The translations under genes were made by a program, and so were the position numbers. 64,000 nt of DNA from Mobula hypostoma (lineage: Eukaryota). The stretch is taken from assembly GCF_963921235.1 (NCBI RefSeq), contig NC_086108.1:61878001-61942000 (forward strand), read 5' to 3'. Positions within the stretch are counted from its first letter, which is position 1; each line of letters opens with the position of its first letter. Shown piece by piece: positions 25,141-37,400 of this stretch. A model generated the notes under the pieces. It searched no databases and was not told the DNA's origin. It worked only from the letters and a program-made list of their open reading frames with translations.

Positions 25141-26024
25141 GTAAGGTCCATCCCGACAGCTTGTTTTGCTTGCTCATTGACTAGTTTATTACCGTAGCTG
25201 TGTAAGAGGCCTGCAGTATATACCAGAATGTAAAACTTGTACTAATAGTTGAATCAATAACAATTCATAAATATTCTTTCATGTGGACAAAGGTGGAAGC
25301 AGTTTACCTCTGTGTGTTCTCCATCTAATTGTTGACCAGATTGGAAGATCTCTTTCTACTGCATTCCTAACATAATTAGAGTCAGTACAGATCAAGGCTG
25401 GTTCTGTTTAATTTACATGTTTTAGACATCATTCTAGGGCTTTTGCCTCTGCTAATTGAGCTGTATGATTTTCTGAAAGATTCATGTAGTTCAAATTCAG
25501 TTTCAAATAAAAATAAATTCCTTTTATAATCCCTGCTCCTGCCTGTAGTTGAGAGGATCCATCTTTTTGGATTTCCATTGTTGATCCATCCTGGTACTGG
25601 ACTATAACTGAGAACAGTGCTCTAAAAGATGTGCTACACTGGGCCATGGAGAAGGTGGTTCTGTATCTTCCATGACAGTCAAGGATTGTAAATTATACCT
25701 CTGAGGAACATATTCCCACTTTAAGGTGTCAACTTGTAAAGTGTTTGCCATATCCCATAGCTAGTTATGGTAGCTCTCTGTTCATTTGTTGGTAATGTAC
25801 TTTTGTTTCTCAAAGCCAAAACTCTGTTTGTATAGTAATTGGTTTGTTCCCTTGCAGTGGTCATACTACAAATAAGTGTATATAACAAGACATCATTCTA
25901 AGGCAGTAAATTTCTGTTCTGTTAGAGTGAAATTATATGAGGCATAGTGTCTGGTGGCTTGTGCTTTTTCTCCCTTAATATAGCAGATGGCTACAGCAGT
26001 TTTTGGATTCACAGAACTAAGTTC
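25140..26024 (-). pseudogene. pol: Foamy-like Pol connection domain and RNase H
   Basis: YASYNFTLTEQKFTALE, YQDGS, AGAGI, NHTAQLAEAKALE, PALICTDSNYV...RDLPIW and LHSYGNKLVNEQA versus PFV YLNYVFSKAELKFSMLE, YTDGS, AGMGI, NHTAQMAEIAAVE, PVLVITDSFYV...KELPYW and IHTEGNALADKLA. Confidence 0.92.
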
Positions 26025-26880
26025 ATTAAGAACTAAATTTATATCAAACTACATACTGTATAAGTCACCATATACAACCTTGAAATTCATTTTCTTGCAC
26101 ACATACTCAATCTATCCATCAAATAATAACTTTAACAGAATCGGTGAAAGACTGCACCAACCTGGGCATTCAACCAGTGTGCAAAAGTCAACAAACTGTG
26201 CAAATACAAAAAAGAAGGAAATAATCTAATAAATAAGCAACAAATATTGAGAACATGAAAAGAAGAGTCCTTGAAAGTGAGTCCATTGGTTGCGGGAACA
26301 TTTCAGTGATAGGGCAGGTGAAGTTGAGTGAGGTTATCCCCGCTGGCTCGAGAGCCTGGTGGTTGGAGGGTACTAGCTGCTCCTTAATGTAGTGGTGTGG
26401 GTCCTAAGGCTCCTGTACTTCCTTCCTGATGGCAGCAGCGTGAAGAGAGTATGCCCTGGGTGCTGGGGGGTCCCTGATGATGGATGCTGTTTTCCTGTGC
26501 ACATTTTTCATGTAGATGTGCTCACTGGTGGAGAGGACTTCACCCATGATGGGCTGAGCTGTATCCACTACTTTTTGTAGGATTTTCTGTTCAAGCACAT
26601 TGGTCTTTCCAAACCAGGCTGTGATGCAGCCCATTAATATACTATCCACTACACACCTTTAAAAATTTGTCGAAAATTTAGATATCATGCCGAATCTTTG
26701 TGAATTCCTAAGGAAGTAGAGACTTTGCTGCGTTTTGTTCATACTTCCATTTACAAGTTGGGCCCAGGACAGATCCTCCAAAATAATAAATATTTAAACC
26801 GAGGAACTTAAAGTTGCTAACCGTCTCCACCTCTGATCCTTCGATAAGGACTGGCTCAGGGACCTCTGGCTTTCTTCAGC
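26025..26880 (-). mobile_element. Rex1/Babar-type LINE 3' fragment nested in the provirus
   Basis: DSILMGCITAWFG...LQKVVDTAQ...ASIIRDP (DUF1891-like C-terminus). Confidence 0.85.
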
Positions 26881-26962
26881 GCTACAGTGCTTGTTGAACA
26901 TGCTCCGAGTTGAACTACTGCTAAATAATGATACTCTGTAAAGTAATACTTTTGGTATAACA

Positions 26963-26980
26963 TGACCACATTGGCTGCCA
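26963..26980 (-). promoter_or_regulatory. Primer-binding site, degenerate tRNA-Lys1,2 type
   Basis: Minus strand TGGCAGCCAATGTGGTCA versus Lys1,2 PBS TGGCGCCCAACGTGGGGC (12 of the first 15 match; two changes are CpG-type). It lies 2 nt after the 5' LTR. Confidence 0.7.
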
Positions 26981-26982
26981 AC

Positions 26983-27906
26983 TCTGATTGTATTGGGTTT
27001 GCTGACCGTGAGGTTCTGAACTCTAATGAAGATCTTAAGTCCTATCTGATATAGATGGCTACAGGAATCCTCACTAAAGGGAAGTTATACTGTAAGCACC
27101 TACTCTACAAATGCTAACTTACTACCCTGATTATCCTCTGTGGTGAGTTTAGCTATCAATACCCACTAACTGAGTGGTGGAACCCCCCCCCCCACCCCTC
27201 CCCTACCGAGGAGGAGATACTTCCAGCTGATAAAAGTAGTTTAAACACAGTTCATTTATTTTTAATGATACATATTTAAATTTAGATAAAATTTTAAAAC
27301 CCGCTTAAAACTCTGAGGATTTCCATCTTGTAAATTTTTTCTAAATTACAAACTATTTCTAATACAAAGTATTTCCAAAACCAGGTACAATTCCTATAAG
27401 CTAAAAAGACATTTTCACATAGGTGGTCTAAAAGCTTCTGGGGACAGAGTTGCCAGATACTCACAATAAATGCTGTGATATTGACCTTTTGGGTACCCAA
27501 ATCTTCCAGATATTAATAGATCACCTATTTGATATCAGTCTGGTCTTTGGGCTTTCTTAAACAAAATAATTTAGCCAGTGTTGTCTGGTTTGATACAAGC
27601 CCAATTAACATAACCCCATTGTTTTACACTGCATCTCTTAAGCAGTCAGCTCCGTGCCATGGGCTTGCAGTCTGTGCTCTATAGACAGTGCTGTCCTTTT
27701 CACTTCACACTGATTATTGCTTTCCATATACATTAAGAACTGAAGACTGGCTCCCATTTATGACAAGAAGCTGAACATAGAGTATTGGCTGGAAGTTTAA
27801 CTTAAACAAAAACTAGTTTTTGGTCTCTAGAAGATTCAGCTGCTATGTTAGAAAGCTGAGCTTGGCAAAAAGCCTCCCTGGCCCTGGACAGTGAATGTCC
27901 ATCACA
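26983..27906 (-). repeat. 5' LTR of the foamy-like provirus (924 bp; lacks a ~195-bp segment kept in the 3' LTR)
   Basis: Direct repeat of 14138-15882, starting TGTGATGG on the minus strand and flanked by the TTGT TSD. Confidence 0.9.
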
Positions 27907-29119
27907 TTGTAAGGAAGAAAGCTGCCGTCTAGGAAGATGGTAACAGATGAGTCAGGTAGACAGGAGCTTGCCATCAATTACTGCTTGGGCTTTCTCTCCT
28001 CTTTCTCACTATCCACCCATTTTCCTGAGGCATTCTGCTCACTGGGGTTGGTGTAACTTTTCCCTTGTTCACTGGAACGGGCTTCTCAAGGATTCAAAGT
28101 ACATTTATTCTCAAAGTATATACACAGTATATACTCTTCTTCCCACAAACAACCATGAAACAAAAACAAAACATGGTACCCATTCAAAGAAAAGCATCAA
28201 ACCCCAACATGCAAAGCAAAAAGAAAACAAATCACGCAATGGTAAAATAAAAGAGCATACAGCACCCAGTATAAAATCCCAAACCAGATAGTCATCGAAG
28301 GAGTCAAGGCACATTCAGTCCAGCTCAGTTCAGCCCAGCCCAGTGCTGTGTCTTCATTATCTGCAGCACTGTTGTGGATTCCTTCCCATGCAATGCAACA
28401 AATTAGCTATGACACAGCTCGTCTTCTACAATAGCTGTTTAATTTTAAAGTTCTTTATTCTCAATTTTTAAGGAGTATATTGTCCATTGCTAGATAAATG
28501 GATTAAAGGCAGCCATGAAGTGTAAGACTTTAGCTTTATTTGCCAGAGCCAGCTATGTAGACACAAGCACAATCTGAACAGGTGATGCCTAATGAAATGA
28601 GACAGGTAGAAGGACTAACAAGTATTTTATTTTGTCTTCTCTTCCTGAGGAATGTTTTCTCAGATCATTAGGTTAGCATAAATCATTCAGGTACGGTTAA
28701 AAGCCCTTTGGCAGATCTTAGACTGCAGAAGTAGCCATATTATACATTAATTATTTCCACCAATCCAAGTTTCACATTGATCTTGAACAGAATTTTAAAT
28801 TTTGTCTTTACAGAATAATTTTTTTGCTTTTACACATGCCACCTTGACGTTGGCCAAGCAAACACCAGCACTTCTCAGAACTTTTATTCCTTGTCACACA
28901 AAGGGATGATTCCCCACCGATATGTACGGTGCTTCATACCAAAGCTGACGGATCTTATTGAAATTATAGTTTAGAACCTCAGGCAGCTGCTGTGGCAGAG
29001 TCTTTGCATATATTACAGTCAGAGACTAACAGACAATTAAACTACAAATGAGTTGTGGGACAAGCAGAGAATGGAAGTTGTGTTTAAGCTAAGATTGGAT
29101 CAGCCTTGACTGCTAATTC

Positions 29120-29445
29120 AGCACCTTCCAAACTTTCTACCAGGCTAGATGGACATGGGCAGCAAAGGCCTAGGAACAATACCACCTGCAAGTTGCCCTC
29201 CAAGTCATACACTGTTCCAAATGGGAACGTATTGTTGTTCATTCACCATCACCATTCTTTCTGTTTTGCCAAATCTAAAGTCTTGGAGCTTCCTCCCAAG
29301 CAGTATTGTGGGAAAAGCAACATGTCATGAGCTGCAGCAGTTCATGAAGGCAGCCCACCACCACCTTCTCATAAGCACGTAGGGATGGGGGCTGTTGGGC
29401 AATCATATGCTGGCTTGGCCTGTGAAGCCCATATCCTTTGAATTA
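29120..29445 (+). mobile_element. Old LINE (CR1/L2 group) 3' end
   Basis: ACCACCTGCAAGTTGCCCTCCAAGTCATACAC and GCAGCAGTTCATGAAGGCAGCCCACCACCACCTTCTC...GCTGGCTTGGCC resemble a recurrent chondrichthyan LINE 3' sequence (from memory). Confidence 0.55.
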
Positions 29446-31279
29446 ACTAAAATTAAAAATGTGTGATATTATTGAACGAACAGACTTGATTTGCTAAATG
29501 ATCCTATTTTGTGTGTTTATGCATTTATTTATTTACACAAGGAAGGAGGATAGTTGCCTGTTGAGCCTTTACAAATCTCTGTGAAAAAACAATCCATCTC
29601 CTTCAATTAGCTGGTCTTAACGTAAAATAATCTATTTCAATGCTGTTAACCTTGGGGCATCTGTAATTTATCTCTATCTTATGAGTACAAGTTCTCTGGC
29701 CACTAAAACCATTCACAAATAACAATTGAGTCCTACCTACAGATCTTCAGGACAGACATGAAACCCTGAAAAATGTTATTTCCCTTTTACAGTTACTTTT
29801 CTTAAGTCCCTGTATTCAAAACATTTCCTTATTCCGATTAATGTTTCTGATTATTATTGTGGTAATTTAATTATAAGTTGAGCGCTTAGGGGGTAAAAAT
29901 ACATTAAAAATATCAATTTGCTTACAGCCTAAATTTTAGCGAGTTATGTGATAGCCACTTGAGAAGGTCAAATCATGACCATTGTAGGAAGGATAAGAAT
30001 GTAATCTCAAAAATCTATAACAATGGAGCTCATTTTTATATCACATATAAACCAAATGGATGAAGGGACCAGGGCATGGAACTTGATGGCTTATTCCTGT
30101 TCATTTGTCCCTTCTGTCAGCACCACTTAATGTTTTCAGTTTTCTCAATTGTTACATAGCTATATTTCACAGAAATAAGCCATTCAGCCAATCAGTCCAC
30201 ATCAGAGTTTCTGCTCCAGACACGTTCCCTCTGGTTTTCCTGATCTAGATGCAGCGGTGTAATCCTCTAATCCCATCTCCATTGTATGCTGGTCCAATCT
30301 CCTACTCAATACATCATTATTCTTTGCTTCAGTCACTGCCTCTTATGGTAAATTCCACATTCTCACCACCCTTTGCAAAATGGGGTTTCTTCTACACATT
30401 TTTCTAAGGTTTTGCTACCTATGGCACAACATTTCGTGATTTGAGTGTTTGTACACCAAGATTCCTTTGTTCCTCTACCCCACCTACACTCCTTTACAAA
30501 TTCTTTTCTCAGTCCCTCAAAATCAGCTTTATTCCAATTGAATAACTAGTTCATAATCCTATTGAGATTCTCCTCTCAATCAGCTTCAAAGTGTTTTCTA
30601 TTATTGTAATGTACAAATCTATTTCTTTTAGCACAAAGTCTCCCCTTAGCACTAATCATTGACTGATAACCTATTCATGCACATTGATTTGTTGCTGTCT
30701 CTGCAAAGTGAATATACCACTTAACCTCACCTCCGCATGTGTGCTTTTATTGAATTAATATGTAGTTGTACAGACACAAGTTGGTGGCATGTATGAACCT
30801 GAATGTCAGCGAATATCACCAATTGCACTGATAGTTACAAGACAACAGAATTTGGAGGAAGGAAGAGAAAGAGTGAGAGGAATCAGTATGGAGAAGGCTG
30901 TCACGGATACCAGTAAGGAATGCATGAGAAATAGCGCAAGGTAAACAGTGAGAGATGCATAATCAGCAAAGTTAAAGTGAAAATAATGTGCCAAAGGCCT
31001 TAGTTGGGAAAGATGATGAATCTGATGGAGCTAATGAGGACTAGGAATAATATATTGAGAGGTTTGAACTGTATTGTATTGCGAAGGGCGGAATGAGGAA
31101 AAGAATGTCTCCATACTTAGCTTAATGAGTGCGAAAACATACAGGTTCTTACGCAAATTAGTAACATGTGAAAAGCTAGCAAAAGCAATACATTCAACGA
31201 AATTGTTACAATTTTACAAAATCACTTAAGCCCTAAACCACTAATAATAGCTGAGAGATTAAGATTTCACAAAAAGCAT

Positions 31280-32650
31280 TTAATACCCAATCTATCCCAT
31301 TCTTTAAAAACTAGATTGGTCATAGAAGGTTTAAAAAATTAATTAGAAAAATGGTACTTGAAAGAGAAAATCTCGATAAACCAAAGTATTTTCTAAATTG
31401 TACCCAGATCCTCAAAGTATGTTTAACTACCAAATTGTCAGTTAATTTACTTAAAGATAAAGGAAGTGAGGATCCAAGAAGAGAAATGGGATAGATTGGG
31501 TATTAAATACTTCCAGGATTTGTTTGTTGGAGGAAGTCCCTTTTAGTTTGAGCAATTGTCAGCTAAATATAGTTTACCAAAAACCCACTTTTTTCGATAT
31601 CTACAAATTAGAGACTTTCTGCAATCTCAATTATATACATTCCCTAAAAGTCCTGATAAGAACTTATTAGATGTAATTTCTAATTTGAAACCTTTTCATA
31701 ATGGTTCAATATCCAATATTTATGGCATGTTGCTGGGAATGAGAAATGCTCCTTCAGACAAAATTAAAAATCTCTGGGGACAAGATTAACAGACTTCAAT
31801 TTCTGAAGAAACTTGGAATGAAATTTTTTAATTGGTTAACACTTCATTGTTATGTGCCCGCCACTCTCTCCTACAAGTTAAAGTGGTCCATAGGGCCCAC
31901 ATGACTAAGGATAAGCTATCTCGTTTTTATTCAGATATATTTCCCTATTGTGATAGATGTAACAACGGAGAAGCTTCACTAATTCATATGTTTTGGACAT
32001 GTCTGGGTCTTGAAAAATATTGGAAGGAAGTATTTCAAACTTTCTCTGTACTTTTCAAAGTAAATTTTAAGCCTAACCCTTTGATTGCCTTATTCGGTAT
32101 TGTTGGAGGAAAAGATATTATTTTGGAGACATCTGATTTGCCCATTTTGGCTTTTATTTCTCTTATGGCTAGGAGGGCGCTCTTGCTTAAATGGAAGGAT
32201 GTCGTTCTGCCTACTCACACTCAATGGTTACGTGATGTTATGTCATGTTTAAATTTAGAGAAGATCCATTGTTCAATTTCTGAATCTAGCCAAGACTTTC
32301 AAACATTGCGGGGACCATTTTTGAGCTATTTTCAAAACCTTTGATTTGCTGGTGTTGGCTACAGATGTTGGCTAATAACATATTTCACCATATGATAAGG
32401 ACTTTTTTTCCTTTTTTCTTTCTTTACCAAACAATTCAATCTTGGTAGTGGGTTTAGATTCTCTTTTTTTGTACAATAAAATGATCATATTTCAATATTA
32501 TGATTTAATTTAATTTACATGAATATAGGGTAATGAGATTGCAAGTGTGACTCAAATATAATGTATTTGATTTTTTTTTTACTTATAATATATCTTCGTG
32601 TACTCTATATTCTTCTATGTAGAAATCAATAAAAATATTGAAAAAAAAAG
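31280..32650 (+). mobile_element. L1-clade LINE 3' fragment inserted in Gypsy gag
   Basis: HFFRYLQIRDF, CDRCNNGEASLIHMFWTC zinc knuckle, AATAAA and poly(A) at about 32628-32649. Confidence 0.9.
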
Positions 32651-32956
32651 ATTTTATTAAAAGAACCGGTCAAAGGATGAAAACAATTCTGAATACATTG
32701 CAGAACTGTGCAAACTTTCTAAATACTTTAGAGATGGGCTTTCTGGTGCATTATGGGACAGGCTTGTGTGTGGCATGCATAGTGGAAGCACTCAAAAGAG
32801 GCTACTGTCAGAAAGAGATCTAACCTTAGAATGGGTATTGACCATTGCAATGTTATTAGAGACTGTAGCAAAGGATGTGTCAAAACTACAGAAAAAGTGT
32901 TTGGAATGTAAAATGAACAAAATGTCCCTGCATGGTGCAAAAAGCCAAAAACATCT

Positions 32957-33497
32957 TTAACATCTGCCAAATGATGCTGAGGATGTTCTACGAGTCTGTG
33001 GTGGCCAGTGCTATTATGTTTGGTGTTGTGTGCTGGGGCAGCAGGCTGAGGGTAGCAGACACCAACAGAATCAACAAACTCATTCGTAAGGCCAGTGATG
33101 TTGTGGGGATGGAACTGGACTCTCTCACAGTGGTGTCTGAAAAGAGGATGCTGTCTAAGTTGCATGCCATCTTGGTCAATGTCTCCCATCCACTATATAA
33201 TGTACTGGGTGGGCACAGGAGTACATTCAGCCAGAGACTCATTCCTCTGAGATGCAGCACAGAGCGTCATAGGAAGTCATTCCTGCCTGTGGCCATCAAA
33301 CTTTACAACTCCTCCCTTGGAGGGTCAGACACCCTGAGCCGATAGGCTGGTCCTGGTCTTATTTCATAATTTACTGGCATAATTTACATATTACTATTTA
33401 ACTATTTATGGTTCTACTACTATTTATTATTTATGGTGCAACTGTAACGAAAACCAATTTCCCCCAGGATCAATAAAGTATGACTATGACTATGACT
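32957..33497 (+). mobile_element. Rex1/Babar-type LINE 3' fragment inserted in Gypsy gag
   Basis: MFYESVVASAIMFGVVCWG...SHPL...RKSFLPVAIKLYN and a (TATGAC)n tail. Confidence 0.88.
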
Positions 33498-33598
33498 AAA
33501 TGTTATTGATGTGGCAAATCTTCCCATGACACAAATGATTGTTGGTTCAAAGAAAAAATTTGCAGAAAGTGTCATAGACAAGGTCACAGAGAGAGCAT

Positions 33599-34459
33599 AC
33601 TTTATACTTTATTGCCGCCAAACAATTGATACTTGAATGTACAATCATCACAGCGATATTTGATTCTGCACTTCCCGTTCCCTGGATTACAAATTGATAG
33701 TAAATATTAAAAATTTAAATTATAAATCATAAATAGAAAATAGAAAAATGGAAAGTAAGGTAGTGCAAAAAAAACGAGAGTAGCTCCAGATATCTGGAGG
33801 GTACAGCCCAGATCTGGGTCAGGATCCGTTCAGCAGTCTTATCACATTTGGAAAGAAGCTGTTCCCAAATCTGGCCATACGCGTCTTCAAGCTCCTGAGC
33901 CTTCTCCCAGAGGGAAAAGGGACGAAAAGTGTGTTGGCTGGGTGGGCCGTGTCCTTGATTATCCTGGCAGCACTGTTCTGACAACGTGCGGTGTAAAGTG
34001 AGTCCAAGGACGGAAGATTGGTTTGTGTGATGTGCTGCGTCGTGTTCACGATCTTCTGCAGCTTCTTCCGGTCTTGGACAGGACAACTTCCGTACCAGGT
34101 TGTGATGCACCGTAGAAGAATGTTTTCTATGGTGCATCTATAAAAATTAGTGAGTATTTTAGGGGCAGGACAAATTTCTTTAGTTTTCTCAGGAAGTAAA
34201 GGCACTGGTGGGCCTTCTTGGCAGTGGACTCTGCTTGGTTCGACCAAGTCAGGTCATTTGTGATATTGACCCTGAGGAACATAAAGCTTTTGACCTGTTC
34301 CACTTGCGCACCACCGATGTAAATTGGGTCGTGCGGTCTACTACTCCTTCTGAAGTCAACAACCAATTCTTTCATCTTGCTGACATTGAGGGATAGGTTA
34401 TTGTCTTTGCACCATGCCACCAGGTTCTTAATTTCCTCTCTGTACTCAAACTCATCATT
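33599..34459 (-). mobile_element. Rex1/Babar-type LINE 3' fragment inserted in Gypsy
   Basis: WCKDNNLSLNVSKMKELVVDFRR, ILTNFYRCTIENIL and NSFFPNVIRLLN. Confidence 0.9.
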
Positions 34460-37400
34460 ATGCAAGTCTGACAAGAAGCATAACCAAAGAGAAAAGCCAA
34501 GTGAAAAGTCTCAAATACAAAATTAAACAAATGCACAAAGTGACTGAATGGGAAAGAGAATCAGACAACACAGAGTCTTACAAAGGTGAGCTGTCATGTC
34601 TAGAACTGCGTAGCATTACTGAAGCAGATTGCAAAATTGTCTGGATCACAACAGATATGTGTGATGTAAAACCAAAAATGGAGCTGGATACAGGGTCAGC
34701 TTTGTCTGTAGTTTCTAAGAGTGACTACAACAGACTGTTTTCTAAGCTACTGTTTAAAAACAAACCCTTGGTGATGCTAAAGTCCTACACAGGCAAAAAA
34801 AAGTGTCTCCCAAAGACAAGCTGAAAGTAAATGTGACTAATTGAGGCAAAACACAACAGTTAGGGTTTTATGTGTTGAAACGTGGAGGGCCAGTGAATAG
34901 TTGAGAAAAATCCAACTGGACAGGCATACAATTGAAACTCTCAATGTATCATTAACAGGCAATGGCAGCCCAAGCAATATCACTAATCAGAGACTGTCAC
35001 AACTGCTTAATGCTAATGAGAAGATGCTTCAGAAAGGGATTGGTAAACTCAAAGGCATGAAGGCCAGAATTGAACTGAAGGAAGCAGCAACACCAAGATT
35101 CTATAATGTGTGTCTAGTGACTTATGCAAATATGACCTCAAAGTGAATGCTGAACTTGAAGGTGTCTAGTATTCTCTCCAAGGTTGAGTGGAGTGATTGG
35201 GCCACGCTCATTATCCTGGTGATCAAGAAAGGAAAGGCTGGAGCCGTTTGCACATGTGGGGACTTTAAAGTGAGCATCAACCCTGTGCTGCATACTGTGC
35301 TGCATCCCCTGCCACGAATAGAAGATATTTTTGCATCTTTGGCAGGTGGGGAGAGGTTTTCAAAGATTGACTTATCACAAGCCTATCTATAAATGGAGAT
35401 CGGGGAGTCAAGCAGGAAGTTCCTCACAATCAAAATGTACAAGAGACTCTTCCCGTGTAATCGTCTCGTGTTTAGTGTCGCATCAGCTCCAGCAATTTGG
35501 TAAAGAGCAATGGACTAAATGCATCAAGATATCCCAGGAACACAATGTTACCTTGATGACATAATTGTAACTGGCAAGAATGATAAAGAGCATCTCCAGA
35601 ACCTTGGTTAAGTGCTTACCAGGCTGTGAGAGTATGGTCTGCGTGCAGAGAGAGAAATATGAGTCTGTCAAGAATGAAATCTAATATTGTGAACATGTCA
35701 TTGACAAGCATGGTGTACATAAGCCACAAGGGAAAAGTGAAGCAATGCTGCTGGCACCCAAACCAGAAAATGTGTCACAACTCAGGTCATCCTTGGACCT
35801 TGTAAACGACGAACACCAGTTTCTCCCAAACATTGCTAAAGTGCTACATCCATTGTATGCACTGTACAGACAGGAGCTAAGTGGGAATGGTCAGAAAGAT
35901 GTGTAAGAGCATTCAATGAAACAGAGACTAATAACATCTGATGAACTGCTCACTCATTATGACCCACCTCTGCTCATCAGACTGGTGTACGATGCACCCC
36001 CTTACGGTATTGCTGCTGCTTTATCACACGTCATGAAAGATGGATCTGAACACCCAATTGCATTTGCTTCAAAATCACTGACAAGTGCAAAATGCAATTA
36101 TGCACAGAAAGACCGAGAAGCCTTTAGCCTAGAATGGGGAATAAAGAAGTTCCACGACTACCTCTGTGGACAACCATTCACTCAAGTGACAGATCACCAG
36201 GCCTTATGTCTATTTTCAATCCCAGGAAGGGAATCCTAGTGATGTCTGCTACTCGTTTGCAATGTTGGGATCTTATCCTAGGAGCCCACTCCTCCGACAT
36301 AGAATTCAAGGGTACCAAACAACACATCAATGCTGACGCCTTGTCACACCTTCCACTGTTGACAACTGAAGAAGAAGTCTTCATTCTTGACGCAGCAGAG
36401 GTGTTCCACAGAGCATTGGTGGACCAGTTACCGTTAACAAATTCTGAAATACAAAGAGAAACAGGGAATGCCCCAACATTGTCAAAAGTCTATTACATCA
36501 GCATGCAAGGATGCCAGCTCATGGTAATCCTGTGTTTCCAGAGTTCTCAGAGAGATGAGACCAACTGTCTCTATGTCAATGAACACTGATGTGTAGATCT
36601 CATGTTGTGGTTCTCTCTGAAGTGTCCATCAGGGTGTTAGAAAGTGTGCATGAAAGATACCTGCTTACAGTCAAGATGAAGAGTCTCACCCAGAGATATG
36701 TGCAGTGGCTGGGATAGATAGACAGTTTGAAGATTTGACCAAAAGCTGTTCAGCATGCCACAAATTCAAAATACATCCCCACAAGCACCATTACATCTGA
36801 AGGAGTGACCATCTTCACCATGGTAAAGAGTGCATATTGACTTTGCTGTGCCATTCATTAACTCCATGTTTCTGATTGCTGTAGATGCTTATTCAAAGTG
36901 ACCAGAGGTTATACCAATGAAGTCAACCACCTCAGCAAAGACTGCCTCCGCTCTGAGGATTGTCTTTACCAGAAGTGGCTTACCTGAACAAATTGTGAGT
37001 GACAACGGGCCACTATACACGTCAGAAGAGTTCAGACTATTCATGAAGAAAAATGGCATCAAACATTTCAAGTCAGCTTCTCACCACCTAGCAATGAAAG
37101 GGGTTAACTGAAAGGTTTGTCCAAACCTTCAAGAAGTCCATTAAAGCTATGGACAACATGCACAACCTCCTTTTTGTGTATCGGAACTCTATTCATGCGA
37201 CGACAAGTCAAACACCTGCAATGCTGTTCGTGAGCAGGAATCTGAGATCTTGGATAGACCTCCTGAAACCAGATCTATGGAGTGAAGTGAAGAATAAACA
37301 GTTCAGCCAGTTGCCAAGTAAATCAGCAAGGAACTTCAAGGTTGGGCCAAGAAGACAAGTGGACACCTGGTAGGATAGTTACAAGAACCAGACCACTGAT

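Larger units (their letters stand above)
14138..27906 (-). mobile_element. Endogenous foamy-like retrovirus (spumaretrovirus-like provirus), defective and heavily interrupted
   Basis: Paired LTRs, TTGT TSD (14134-14137 and 27907-27910), Lys1,2-like PBS, PPT, and collinear pol (RNase H, IN) and env remnants with foamy-specific motifs. Confidence 0.9.
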
